A stretch of 38,496 nucleotides of DNA from an uncultured Acidobacteriota bacterium (lineage in GTDB: Bacteria; Acidobacteriota; Thermoanaerobaculia; Multivoradales; JAHEKO01): the NCBI GenBank assembly GCA_963713825.1, contig CAVQNG010000021.1:1-38496 (forward strand), in the 5' to 3' direction. Of the stretch, positions 1 through 12,230 are shown one piece after another; the first letter of the stretch is position 1, and each line of letters begins with the position of its first letter. Under the pieces are notes generated by a model. That model saw nothing but the letters and a program-made list of their open reading frames with translations. It did no database searches and was not told where the DNA came from. The position numbers and the translations under genes are program-made.

Positions 1-38
1 GTTTGGTCGATGTCAGGTGACATCTATAAACTGCTGTC

Positions 39-594
39 ATGCTCTGTTCCCGATATTGCCGCTCCGTTCTTGGCCCTGGCCGGCTGCGTTGGCTTGCTGT
101 GTCGGCTCTTGGGTTGGTTCTCGCTTCGAGCGCTGGTGCCGACCCCCTCGACCGCTCTCAGGAGGTTCTGCGTCAGGCAGTGGAGCGCATCGAGGTCGAG
201 GGCAGCTTCGACCTAGGCGATGCGCGGCTGGCCGGAACCCGCCTGATTCCAGTTCTCTACGAGCGGCTCGGTTTCCATCTGGCCTGGACGCGACGCGCGA
301 TGGTCGAAGAGCTGCTGGCGGCGGTGCGCGATGTCGAGAGTCACGGTCTCGATCCTCGTGACTACCATTTCGCAGCCATCGGATCCAGGCTCGAGCGGGG
401 TGACTGGGAGTCCGACGATCCGACCGCACGGGTCCACCTGGAGCTGCTGCTCACCGACAGCCTGGCCCGGCTCGTCTTCACCCTCCATTTCGGCAAGCTG
501 AATCCGACCCAGCTGGATCCGGTGTGGAATCTGAGCCGAACCTTCGAGGGCATCGATGCGATGAAGCTCCTCGAAGACGTGTTGCGATCGGGAG
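39..594 (+). pseudogene. 5' fragment of a YcbB/LdtD-like murein L,D-transpeptidase (signal peptide and scaffold domain), truncated at a junction
   Basis: Signal-peptide-like N-terminus and motifs HGLDPRDYH, LELLLTDSLARLVFTLHFGKLNP and DPVWN typical of the YcbB scaffold region. After LEDVLRSG the sequence becomes the antisense of the neighbouring kinase gene, and no catalytic YkuD domain follows. Confidence 0.7.
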
Positions 595-2713
595 CTGCTC
601 TTCGCCACCGCCGGTCATGGATTTCGCATAGAGCTGGAACGAGCCGGATCGGTTGGAGCTGAAGGCGATCGTATTCCCATCGGGGACCAGGCGACAAAGT
701 AGTCTGCGCCGGTTCGAAGGTGAAACGCGTCTCCAGCTCGCGATCGAGATCGAGCTGCCAGAGATCGGTGTTGCCGCTTTCGAAGTCGGCTTTGCTGACG
801 ATGGCCTGATTGCCCACGGGTGACAGCTGCACCTCGATGTAGGAGTCGGGAGTGCCGATTTCGGAGAGGATCTCGCCCGAGCGGGACCTCCACTGCAGAT
901 TCGCCAGTACCGACTCACGGGCAGAACCCATCTGGTAGGCCAGGGTCCCCTGGTCGCTGACGGAAAATGAGCCGAGAACCGCTCCCATGTCGACATAGAT
1001 GTTCTCGGCGAGTGGGAAGGCGTCGCCGGTAGTTTGTCGAGTCTCGGCATCGAAGGGTCGGGCCATCAACGTCTGATCGAAGACGTAGAGGAGATGTCCC
1101 GCGGCATACTCGACGTTGGAGGTCGCCGGCATCAGCTCACTGACTTCGCCCGCCAACGAGCCGATCTTGATGCTGCTGTTCGAACCGGCTCCACCGCCCC
1201 CGGCCCGGGCCACGAATAGGAAGTGGTCGCCATTGGGCAGGAAGCGGGGTGACGATGGCTGTCCTTCCGAGCTTGGCGTCGAACTCGGTGAGCTCGACCG
1301 ACTCTCCTCCTGCCGCGCTGACCTTGTGCAAAGGAGAGTTGTGGCTCGGCGCAAAGACGATGGTGCCGGCATCGTTCCAGGCGCCGCCTTTGCCGTTGGA
1401 CGCCTCGCACAGGGCCATGGCCGGTCCACCGGTCGCCTCGATCTTCTTCAGCTTGCCGCCGGCGAAGAAGCCGATGTGTCGACTGTCGGGGACCAGAACG
1501 GGTAGAGGGCACCTTCGGTTCCAGTCAACGGCCTGGATTCCATCGTCGAGGTCGCGGATCCAAGCCGTTCGACCCCATCCTCACCGCGGATGTCGAAGGC
1601 CGAGGTGGCCCATCGGGGAAACCGCCACCGGGGCAGGGTAGTCCGAGCCCAGATTGAACTCTCCCCCTGGCGGAGCCGGAATGGACGCCCGCGTCGTTGG
1701 CTGCGGAGGAACTGGGTCTTGCGGCCAGAGGCGATGGTCGCGGCCCCAACGATGGCCGATGCGGCGACTGCCCAGGGGAGTAGCCGGCGCCAGGTGGGTA
1801 GCGGAGCGTAGTTGGCTGTGGCGGCCTGGGCCTTGGCAGCCTCAGGATCGGCCAGATAGCCGGCGATGGCGGTTCGAGCCTCGCCGATGGCCTGGAGCTG
1901 ATCGTTGATCTCCTTCTGGAGACAGCGGTCGAGCAGGTTGCGGACGACCGGAGGCACGTCGGCGGGTAGCGCCTCCCATTCGGGCTCGCGGGCCAGGATT
2001 CCGGCCAGGGTGTCGGAGATGGTCTTGCCGGCGTAGACGGTCTGCCCGGTCAGCATCTCCATGACAACGGCACCAAAGGCCCAGATGTCGGCTCGGCGGT
2101 CGGCGGCTTCGCCGCGGGCCTGCTCGGGGCTCATATAGGCAGCAGTGCCCAGCAACACCCCGGCTCCAGTGTTCATCTGCGCAGTCAGGGTAGGCGACAG
2201 GGAGAGAGAGGGGTGGCTCGGATCCGAGTCCGAACCGGCTCCGGACTCGAGAGCCTTGGCGAGGCCGGAGTCGAGAACCTTGATCTTGCCGCTTTCGGTG
2301 AAGTTGATGTTGGCCGGTTCAGGTCCCGGTGCACGATGCCTCGGTCGTGGGCCGTTTCCAGGGCTTCGGCGATCTGCAAGGCAATGGTCATGGCTTCATC
2401 GAGGGACAATCGGCCTCGCTTGATCCTCTCAGCGAGAGTTCGCCCTCCACAGCTCCATGACCAGGAAGTTGTGGTCGTCGTCGTGCTCGACCTGGTAGAT
2501 CGCGGCGATGTTGGGGTGATTCAGCGATGCCAGCACCTGGGCCTCGCGGCTAAAGCGAGCCATGCGCTCGGCATCCTGCGCGAAGAGCTCGGGCAGCACC
2601 TTGATCGCCACCTCGCGTCCGAGCTTGGTGTCCTCGGCACGGTACACCTCGCCCATGCCGCCCTCGCCCAGCTTGCCGGTTATCTTGAAATGAGCCAGAG
2701 TCTCACCAATCAT
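591..2713 (-). pseudogene. Ser/Thr protein kinase with TM segment and TolB/PD40-like beta-propeller; multiply frameshifted and 3'-truncated
   Basis: Pieces in successive frames: MIGETLAHFKITGKLGEGGMGEVY/VAIK, IVHRDL, GTAAYMSPEQARG/DIWAFG, YPFWSP, PRFLPNGDHFLF, LYAKSMTGGGEEQL. Collinear with the intact paralog at 5339-8137. The frameshifts may be sequencing errors. Confidence 0.85.
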
Positions 2714-2860
2714 TCGTCAACTCCTCGAGCCGGCGGATGTCTTCACAATCCGCAAGTTGAGCTCCGATCGCAGGATGTAACGGAACTTGTTGGCGCCTAT
2801 TGTATGACGGAACGGTTGTAACGGGGGCCGTCCGCATTGGCGAGCGAGCGAGTCGAGGTT

Positions 2861-5104
<2,244 letters not shown>

Positions 5105-5201
5105 TGGTATTCCGCTCCAAGCGGCCGGGTTCTCTCGAGTCCGATCATCGAAAATTCAGCTCGCCCCGTTGTCGTTTCGTCGCTCTTGGCGGTGCTACTG
5201 G

Positions 5202-5253
5202 ATTGTACTTCACTCCGAGGCGACCATCGTTGCAGCCTGCGTTGGAGTAGAAT
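5202..5253. promoter_or_regulatory. Putative divergent -10 hexamers between head-to-head kinase genes
   Basis: TACAAT on minus (5202-5207) and TAGAAT on plus (5248-5253) in a GC-rich background; no clear -35. Confidence 0.4.
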
Positions 5254-5338
5254 GCCTCAAATTCTGCGACAGCGACGCAAGAGGTTCGGTCGCCACGGCG
5301 GTCCGTCGGCATGACGGCCGTTTCAAGAGGAGTCACGC

Positions 5339-8137
5339 ATGATCGGAACGACATTGGCGCATTTCAAGATCACCGGCAAGCTCGGTGAGGGTGGCATGGG
5401 TGAGGTCTATCGAGCTGAAGACAGCAAGTTGGGTCGGGAAGTGGCGATCAAGGTGCTACCAGAGTTGGTGGCCGGTGACGCCGAGCGCATGGCTCGTTTC
5501 GAGCGTGAAGCCAAGCTCCTCGCGGCCCTCAACCACCCCAACATCGGCGCGATCTATTCCCTTGAATCTGCCGGACAGGCGGGGGCAAGCCCCGCTCCTA
5601 CAGAGACCGATGCCGATGTAGGGGCGCCCCTTGCGGGCGCCCGGGAGGGGGCGAGCCCAGGACCCAAGGCCCAAGACCCAGGTCTCCCGATCCACTTTCT
5701 CGTCCTGGAGCTCATCGAGGGCGAATCCCTCGCCGAGATCCTGGCGCGGGGCCCTCTCGGTCTCGAGAAGGCGATGCAGGTCGGGCAGCAGGTGGCCCTG
5801 GCCTTGGAGTCGGCCCACGACAAGGGGGTCATTCATCGTGACCTGAAACCGGCCAACGTCATGCTGACCCAGAATGGAAGCGTCAAGGTGCTGGATTTCG
5901 GTCTGGCCAAGGCCTGGGACGTAGAAGAGACCTCGGGCAGCGCTCCGCTGATCAGCCGTTCGCCAACCCTTACGCAAGGGATGACCGAGGTCGGCGTGCT
6001 GCTCGGTACCGCGGCCTACATGAGCCCGGAGCAGGCGCGCGGCAAGCCGGTCGACAAGCGATCGGACATCTGGGCCTTCGGCGCCGTGCTGCTCGAGACC
6101 CTGACCGGGCGCAAGGCCTTCGGCGGCGACACGATCACCGACATGATCGCTGCGGTCGTAGCGCGAGAGCCAGAGTGGGAGAGGCTACCGGCCGGTACTC
6201 CAAAAGCAGTGACTCGCCTGCTACGCCGCTGCCTCGAGAAAGACCAGGAGCAGCGCTTACGTGACATTGGCGATGCGCGGTTGGAGCTCGAGGAGATGCT
6301 GGCCAATCCAGAAAGTCTGCACGCCGAGCCCGAGGTTGTGGCAGCATCTTCAAAGACCAGCCTGCTGTGGAAGGTTGGCGTCGCGGCACTGGCATTGCTG
6401 ACAATGGGTCTGGGCTTTGCGCTGTGGCGTGCCAGTCAACCGGAACCGCAGCAGATCACCCGCGCCTTCATCCCGGCCCCGACTGGAGGGGATTACGACC
6501 TGGCCACCGACTATCCTGCCCCCGTGGCCGTCTCTCCGGATGGCCGTACTCTGGTTTTCGGGGTGCAGGAGGAAGAGATCAAGAGCCTTTGGGTGCGTGA
6601 CCTCGACGACCTCGAGGCTCGCCCGCTGGCTGGAACCGAGGGGGCCATGTATCCGTTCTGGTCACCTGACAATCGCCACATCGGTTTCTTCGCTCAAGGC
6701 AAGCTCAAGAAGATCGAAGTCGCCGGCGGTCCAGCGATGAGCCTCTGCGATGCTCCCAACGGCAAGGGAGGCAGTTGGAACGCAGATGGGGTCATCGTCT
6801 TCGCGCCAGCGCACACCACAAACCTGCAGAGTGTGTCGTCCGCCGGAGGCGAGCCTGCAGATGTCACCTCGGTCGACCCCGAGAAGGGTGAAGACAGTCA
6901 CCGGCATCCGCGGTTTCTACCGGATGGGGAGCATTTCCTCTTTGCCGCCCGTGTCGGTTTTGGAGGTTCGAGTGAAAACAGCCGGTTGATGATCGGTTCG
7001 CTGTCAGGCGAGTCCCGGGAGTTGATGCCCGGCTCCTCCAACGTCGAGTTCGCAGCCGGACATCTCCTCTACGTGTACGAGCGAACCCTGATGGCGCGGC
7101 CGTTCGATGCCAGTCAACTCGAGCTCACGGGGGATGCCTTTCCAATCGCCGAGGAGGTCTGGGGCGACCAGGGAGCCTTGCTGGGAGTCTTTTCAGCTAG
7201 CGAGAGCGGAGTTCTCGCCTACCAGACCGGCACACCGCGCGAAGACGTGAACTCGCAACTGCAGTGGTTCGATCGCTCGGGCCAGATGCTGGGTGAGGTA
7301 GGAACTCCGGACCCCTACGCCGAAGTGAGCATCTCGCCGGATGGAACTACGGCGGTGGTCAACAAGAGGGATCCAGGGAGCTCCAATCGGGACCTCTGGC
7401 TGGTGGACCTGGAACGGCAGCTCAAGACGCGGTTCACCTTCGATCCGGCTCAGGATTGGATCGGTGTTTGGTCGCCGGACGGAGCCCGGATCGCGTTCAG
7501 CTCTGAGCGCAGCGGCACCGGGGACCTCTACGTCAAGTCGGTCACAGGTGGAGGTGAAGCGGAGCTGCTCTACGACGACGACACGCAGAAGTACCCGGCC
7601 TCCTGGAGCGGGGATGGACGGTATCTGTTCTACGAATCGTGGGGCTCCGGTGGGGAGTCCAACCTGTTCGCCCTCGATCTCGAAGAAGGCGGCGAGCCAA
7701 TGGCGATTCAGGCCTCCAACTTCTCCCAGAGAGTCCCAGTAATCTCACCCAATGGTCGATGGCTCGCCTACTCCAGCAACGAATCGGGACACAACGAGAT
7801 CTATGTCACCGCCTTTCCTGAAGGTGGCAGAAAGTGGCAGGTCTCCACGCAGGAAACCGGGTACGCACGCTGGGGAAGCGACGAGGACCTCTTCCTGATG
7901 GGCCCCACGGGTGAGCTGCGGATTGCTGAGGTCGACGGCTCGAGTGAGACCTTTCGAATAGGCCCTATTCGGAAGATCGCCGACTTCAGGCTCCAGACTC
8001 TCGGTTTCGACTTCGACCCTTCGCCCGACGGTCAGCGAATCTTGATTTCGCAAGTCCTCGAAGAGGAGGGGCAGGGCGCCAAGATGAATCCCATGACCCT
8101 CGTCCTCGGCTGGACCGCGGACCTCGAACGGCCTTAG
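5339..8137 (+). CDS. Ser/Thr protein kinase with TM helix and TolB/PD40-like beta-propeller (932 aa); carries a 37-aa insertion in the kinase N-lobe
   Basis: All Hanks motifs present; RBS GAGGAG upstream; TM LLWKVGVAALALLTMGLGFALW; repeated (W/V/I)SPDG motifs. Confidence 0.95.
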   Translation: MIGTTLAHFKITGKLGEGGMGEVYRAEDSKLGREVAIKVLPELVAGDAERMARFEREAKLLAALNHPNIGAIYSLESAGQAGASPAPTETDADVGAPLAGAREGASPGPKAQDPGLPIHFLVLELIEGESLAEILARGPLGLEKAMQVGQQVALALESAHDKGVIHRDLKPANVMLTQNGSVKVLDFGLAKAWDVEETSGSAPLISRSPTLTQGMTEVGVLLGTAAYMSPEQARGKPVDKRSDIWAFGAVLLETLTGRKAFGGDTITDMIAAVVAREPEWERLPAGTPKAVTRLLRRCLEKDQEQRLRDIGDARLELEEMLANPESLHAEPEVVAASSKTSLLWKVGVAALALLTMGLGFALWRASQPEPQQITRAFIPAPTGGDYDLATDYPAPVAVSPDGRTLVFGVQEEEIKSLWVRDLDDLEARPLAGTEGAMYPFWSPDNRHIGFFAQGKLKKIEVAGGPAMSLCDAPNGKGGSWNADGVIVFAPAHTTNLQSVSSAGGEPADVTSVDPEKGEDSHRHPRFLPDGEHFLFAARVGFGGSSENSRLMIGSLSGESRELMPGSSNVEFAAGHLLYVYERTLMARPFDASQLELTGDAFPIAEEVWGDQGALLGVFSASESGVLAYQTGTPREDVNSQLQWFDRSGQMLGEVGTPDPYAEVSISPDGTTAVVNKRDPGSSNRDLWLVDLERQLKTRFTFDPAQDWIGVWSPDGARIAFSSERSGTGDLYVKSVTGGGEAELLYDDDTQKYPASWSGDGRYLFYESWGSGGESNLFALDLEEGGEPMAIQASNFSQRVPVISPNGRWLAYSSNESGHNEIYVTAFPEGGRKWQVSTQETGYARWGSDEDLFLMGPTGELRIAEVDGSSETFRIGPIRKIADFRLQTLGFDFDPSPDGQRILISQVLEEEGQGAKMNPMTLVLGWTADLERP
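5578..5682. repeat. GTAG-type REP-like palindromes plus heptamer tandem repeat, in frame inside the kinase gene
   Basis: Minus-strand GTAGGAGCGGGG-CTTGC-CCCCGCC (5578-5601); plus-strand GTAG-GGGCGCCC-CTTGC-GGGCGCCC (5618-5642); partial third copy 5643-5658; then GACCCAA-GGCCCAA-GACCCAG. Confidence 0.75.
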
Positions 8138-8239
8138 AGGCCGCCTTCTTTCGGGGCCGTGTTTGAAGGGCCGGGGCTGGGCCCTGCGTGCTAAGGTTGC
8201 GCCAGTTCTAAGAACCGAAGGAATGGAAGGAGGAGCGGT

Positions 8240-8695
8240 ATGACTGCTGCCGATGGGATTGGGACTGGGGCTCGCCCCAAAGCACCGATGCACCTGTGGA
8301 TCGTTGGCGTACTGGCCTTGCTATGGAACTTCATGGGGGCCTTCGACTACCTGGCCACCCAGCTGAAGCTCGAGTCCTACATGGGCAACTTTTCCGCGGA
8401 ACAGCTGGAGTACTTCTACGGCATACCCGCCTGGGCCGTATCGGGCTGGGCCATCGCCGTTTGGATCGGCCTCGTCGGCACGGTGGGACTCCTCCTGCGC
8501 CGCAAGTGGTCGGTCATGGCGTTCGCCATCTCCCTGGCCGGTCTCGCCATCAGCTCGATCTACACGCTTTTCCTGTCGAATGGGCTCGAGATCAACGGCA
8601 CGACAGGGATCATCATGACTGCGGTCATCTTCGTCGTGTCGATCTTTCTGGTCTGGTACTCCAAGCAGCAGGCGAAGGCTGGAATTCTCACCTAG
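8240..8695 (+). CDS. Conserved hypothetical membrane protein, about 4 TM helices
   Basis: RBS AAGGAGGAG; hydrophobic helices; WIVGVLALLWNFMG...PAWA...GLLLRRKW pattern seen in a widespread uncharacterised family. Confidence 0.8.
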   Translation: MTAADGIGTGARPKAPMHLWIVGVLALLWNFMGAFDYLATQLKLESYMGNFSAEQLEYFYGIPAWAVSGWAIAVWIGLVGTVGLLLRRKWSVMAFAISLAGLAISSIYTLFLSNGLEINGTTGIIMTAVIFVVSIFLVWYSKQQAKAGILT

Positions 8696-8702
8696 TCGGG
8701 CA

Positions 8703-9182
8703 GTGAGCCGGTCGAGTCTCGTTGTCGCGGTCGCGCTGGTCTGCGTGGTTGCCGGCAGCATCGCAGCCGGTGGGGAGCTTCTTTCTATGAACGATTTCGC
8801 AGAACGCTACACGGCTGCGTGGTGCAGCCAGGATCCGGCCGCCGTGGCGGTGTTTTTCTCTGACGATGGCTCTTTGACCGTCAACGGTGGTGAGCCGGCG
8901 ACAGGGCGAGAGTCCATCACCGAGGTGGTCCGAGGGTACATGACGGGCTTCCCAGACCACGTGCTGCTGTTCGACAAGCTAGAGGAACGCGATGGGCGAA
9001 TCCACTTCCACTGGACCTTCGAGGGCACCAACACCGGACCCGGAGGCACGGGCAACCAGGTCCGTTTCAGCGGCTACGAAGCCTGGCTGATCGGTGAAGA
9101 CGGCCTGATCCAGGATTCACAGGGTAGTTACGACGAGGCCGACTACCAACGCCAGCTCCAGGCAGACCCGGGAACGGATTAG
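8703..9182 (+). CDS. SnoaL-like/NTF2-fold (ester cyclase-like) protein with possible signal peptide
   Basis: FAERYTAAWCSQDP, GRESI, FPD, FHWTFEGTNTGPGGTGNQVRFSGYEAW. Confidence 0.85.
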   Translation: MSRSSLVVAVALVCVVAGSIAAGGELLSMNDFAERYTAAWCSQDPAAVAVFFSDDGSLTVNGGEPATGRESITEVVRGYMTGFPDHVLLFDKLEERDGRIHFHWTFEGTNTGPGGTGNQVRFSGYEAWLIGEDGLIQDSQGSYDEADYQRQLQADPGTD

Positions 9183-9219
9183 AGAAGACCGGTTCTATCG
9201 GGCGCGCAGCGTCAGAAGG

Positions 9220-9726
9220 TCACTCGTCCTCGTCGGCAGAGGGACCGTAGAGCGCCGGCAGCGGCAGGTCGTTGAGGCGCAGATACACCGTCAGCTGACC
9301 GCGATGATGAATCATGTGATTCATGATGAAGCTGCGGAGGACGGCTACCTTCGGAAACGTCAGGACCTCCTCGCCGGCCTTGAGCAGGGACCAGGAGGCC
9401 ATGAGGGTTTTATCGCTGGCGTTGGCGATGGCTTCGCGAGCCGCCGCAACGTTGGCGTCGAACATCTCGAGGGCACCCTCGACCGTCTCCACCGGTTCTT
9501 CCTTGATCGGCTCCTCGCCCTCCGGCGCCATGTCGAAGCTGGACTCGTTGATGGTCATCACGGACCACTTCGGCATATTGGCCATGTGCGTCAGCATGCC
9601 GCGCAGATCGAACGACTTCTCATGCGGTCGCCAATCGAGCTTGTCGTTGGGGATCCGTTCCAGGGCCTTGCGGGTGTTGGCCATCTCGTGGTCGAACTCG
9701 GGCAGTAGGGCTTGGGCTATCGTCAT
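9220..9726 (-). CDS. DinB/YfiT family protein
   Basis: TRKALERIP..LDWRPHEKS, LTHMA, NHMIHHRGQLTVYLRL..P.LYGPSADE; start set at ATG 9726 after RBS AAGGAGG. Confidence 0.92.
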   Translation of the reverse strand: MTIAQALLPEFDHEMANTRKALERIPNDKLDWRPHEKSFDLRGMLTHMANMPKWSVMTINESSFDMAPEGEEPIKEEPVETVEGALEMFDANVAAAREAIANASDKTLMASWSLLKAGEEVLTFPKVAVLRSFIMNHMIHHRGQLTVYLRLNDLPLPALYGPSADEDE

Positions 9727-9860
9727 GGGAACCTCCTTGTTTGTTGGGTGGGCAAGGCTAGCACTTTTCGAATGTGGCAACGGGGCCTGCTGTTGCACGG
9801 GAGCTAGTGCGGTATCCTGTGGCGCGCATCCTGTTACCTACGTTGGAAGGGATCAGGCGG

Positions 9861-12158
9861 ATGATTGGCTCGACACTTTCGCACTTTCGAATTACCTCCA
9901 AGCTCGGTGAAGGCGGGATGGGTGTGGTTTGGGGAGCAGAAGACACCGATCTGCATCGACCTGTTGCTTTGAAGGTGCTCTCGGACGAGACGCTGGCCCG
10001 CGAGGACATGCGGGCCCGATTCATGCGAGAGGCACGCACGGCGGCGGCCCTCAATCACCCCAACATCTGCACGATATACGAGGTCGGCGAAGTCGACCGG
10101 GTGCCCTTCATCGCCATGGAGCTCATCGAGGGATCGAGTCTCGAGAAGCGTCTGAGCGAGAGACAACTGGCTCTGTCTGAGCTCCTCCGGATCGCGACTC
10201 AGATCGCTGAAGCCATGGCGGCGGCCCACGCCGGTGGAATCGTGCACCGGGATCTGAAGCCAGGCAACGTCATGCTGACTGGAGACGGGCAGGTCAAGAT
10301 CCTCGACTTCGGCCTCGCCAAGCCGCAGACGGCGCTGCTGGGTGGGGAAGGAGACGAGACCCTAGCCCAGCCCATATCGGCCGAGATGACGCAGCAAGGG
10401 ACGATTCTCGGCACGGTTTCCTACATGTCTCCGGAGCAGGCCGCGGGAAGAGACGTGGATTCACGATCGGACATCTTCTCGTTCGGAGTCCTGCTCTACC
10501 AGATGACGACAGGTCAGCTACCGTTCCGCGGTGACACTTCGACCTCGACCCTGGCCAAGATCCTCGAGACCGAGCCGGAATCGATTTCGGTTGTGCGCCA
10601 GGGATTGCCACCGGATCTCGAGAGGGTCGTTCGACGTTGTCTGCAGAAACAGCCGGACGCTCGATACAACGACACACGCGACCTGGTGGCTGAGCTGCGC
10701 GATCTCCAAACCACGGGTGAGAGCCAGGCGGCTGCACCGGTCGAGCAAAAAGGCGAGAGCAAGAAGATCCCAGCATGGATCTGGGGTGCAGCACTGGCTA
10801 TCTTGGTGGCCGCTGTGGTCTTCCTTGCGGGGCCGTTTCGCGAGAGCGCCGTGGAGCCGGCGGCCCCCGAAGTGGTTGCCGTCGCAGAGATACCCTCGGT
10901 GGCTGTCCTGCCTTTCCACAATCTGAGCGCCGACGAAGACAACGCCTACTTCAGCGCCGGCATCACCGAGGAGATCATCAGCAAGCTCTCCCGCATCGAT
11001 GGGTTGGAGGTCGCCTCCCGTAGCTCAGTTGCAGCGTTCACCGATACCGCCCGCGATGTGCAGCAGATCGGTCGAGATCTGGGCGTGCAGTATCTCCTCG
11101 ACGGGAGCGTTCGACGCGCCGGCGATCAGGTTCGGGTCTCGGCGCAACTGGTCGACGGTTCGACCGGGCGCAATCTCTGGTCGGAGGATTTCGACGGTAA
11201 CCTCGAGGACGTCTTCGCCATGCAGGAGAAGACCGCGCTCAAGATCGCCGAGCGATTGGATCTCGAGCTCAGCCCCGAAGAACAGCGCGACGTGCAACGC
11301 CATTTGACCGACAACGTGGCGGCTTATGACGCCTTTCTCAGAGGAATGTCACTGTCGCGCAGTTGGGGCGATCGAGAGAGCCTGCAGCAGGCGGCGGAGC
11401 ACTTCGCTCTGGCCCTGGAGCAGGACCCTGACTTTGCCGCCGCCATGGCAGGCTGGGCCTTCGTCGAGTCCGACATCTATCGAAACTTCGACACCACCGA
11501 AGACCGTATCCAGCATGCCGAGAGGCTGGCGGAAAGGGCTGTGGAGCTCGATCCCACGATGCCGGATGCCAGCCATGCCCTCGGACTCATCGCGGGCAAC
11601 CGCTTCGACTACGAGCGGGCGTCGCGACTGCTCCGAGAGGCCGTGCGGCTAGATCCCAAGGAAGCCCGTTTCTGGGACAATCTCTCCTGGGCACTGGCAT
11701 ACGAGACGCCGCCCGATGGAGATGGAGCGGTCCAGGCGGCACGCGAGGCGGTTCGCCTGCAGCCGATCTTCCCCGGTGCCTACTATCACCTGGGCCGCGG
11801 TCTAATCGCCCAGGGGAAGTACGAAGAGGCGCGACAGGCCTTCGAGACGTCTCTCGAGCAGAATCCCAGATTCAGCTCTGGGCACTTGGGGCTGGCCCAG
11901 GTCCATTTGGCTCTCGGAGAGTGGGACGCTGCGTTGGCCGAGATCGAGAAGGGTGGCCTGAAGGACACGGCCATCGTTGCCTACTATGAGACTGCGGCCT
12001 TCGCCGGAAAGGGCGAGCTCGACGAGGCCTTGCAGTCTCTGGAGAGGACGCTCGAGCTCGACTACCGTGACTTCGCAAATCTCAACGCCAGCCCCTACTT
12101 CGCGGCCCTTCGGGAAGACCCGCGCTTTTCTGAGCTCGTTGAGCGCTACCAGGGCTGA
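9861..12158 (+). CDS. Ser/Thr protein kinase with TM helix, TolB-N-like (SVAVLPF) domain and TPR repeats
   Basis: Starts MIGSTLSHF like its paralogs; Hanks motifs; SVAVLPFHNLS..DNAYFSAGITEEII; AYDAFLRG; TPR repeats. Confidence 0.93.
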   Translation: MIGSTLSHFRITSKLGEGGMGVVWGAEDTDLHRPVALKVLSDETLAREDMRARFMREARTAAALNHPNICTIYEVGEVDRVPFIAMELIEGSSLEKRLSERQLALSELLRIATQIAEAMAAAHAGGIVHRDLKPGNVMLTGDGQVKILDFGLAKPQTALLGGEGDETLAQPISAEMTQQGTILGTVSYMSPEQAAGRDVDSRSDIFSFGVLLYQMTTGQLPFRGDTSTSTLAKILETEPESISVVRQGLPPDLERVVRRCLQKQPDARYNDTRDLVAELRDLQTTGESQAAAPVEQKGESKKIPAWIWGAALAILVAAVVFLAGPFRESAVEPAAPEVVAVAEIPSVAVLPFHNLSADEDNAYFSAGITEEIISKLSRIDGLEVASRSSVAAFTDTARDVQQIGRDLGVQYLLDGSVRRAGDQVRVSAQLVDGSTGRNLWSEDFDGNLEDVFAMQEKTALKIAERLDLELSPEEQRDVQRHLTDNVAAYDAFLRGMSLSRSWGDRESLQQAAEHFALALEQDPDFAAAMAGWAFVESDIYRNFDTTEDRIQHAERLAERAVELDPTMPDASHALGLIAGNRFDYERASRLLREAVRLDPKEARFWDNLSWALAYETPPDGDGAVQAAREAVRLQPIFPGAYYHLGRGLIAQGKYEEARQAFETSLEQNPRFSSGHLGLAQVHLALGEWDAALAEIEKGGLKDTAIVAYYETAAFAGKGELDEALQSLERTLELDYRDFANLNASPYFAALREDPRFSELVERYQG

Positions 12159-12230
12159 ACCAGGCTGACTTGTCGTTGGATTTTGGATTCGCTGGCGCTG
12201 GGAACCGCGCCAGACACCTGGTCCGGGAAC

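Noticed and set aside
362-1429. 355-aa minus-strand ORF as an independent gene
   Set aside because: Only its middle part is real propeller sequence of the frameshifted kinase; both ends are out-of-frame or antisense read-through.
12192-12213. Hairpin CTGGCGC/GCGCCAG between convergent kinase genes as an intrinsic terminator
   Set aside because: No U-tract follows on either strand, so there is not enough support.
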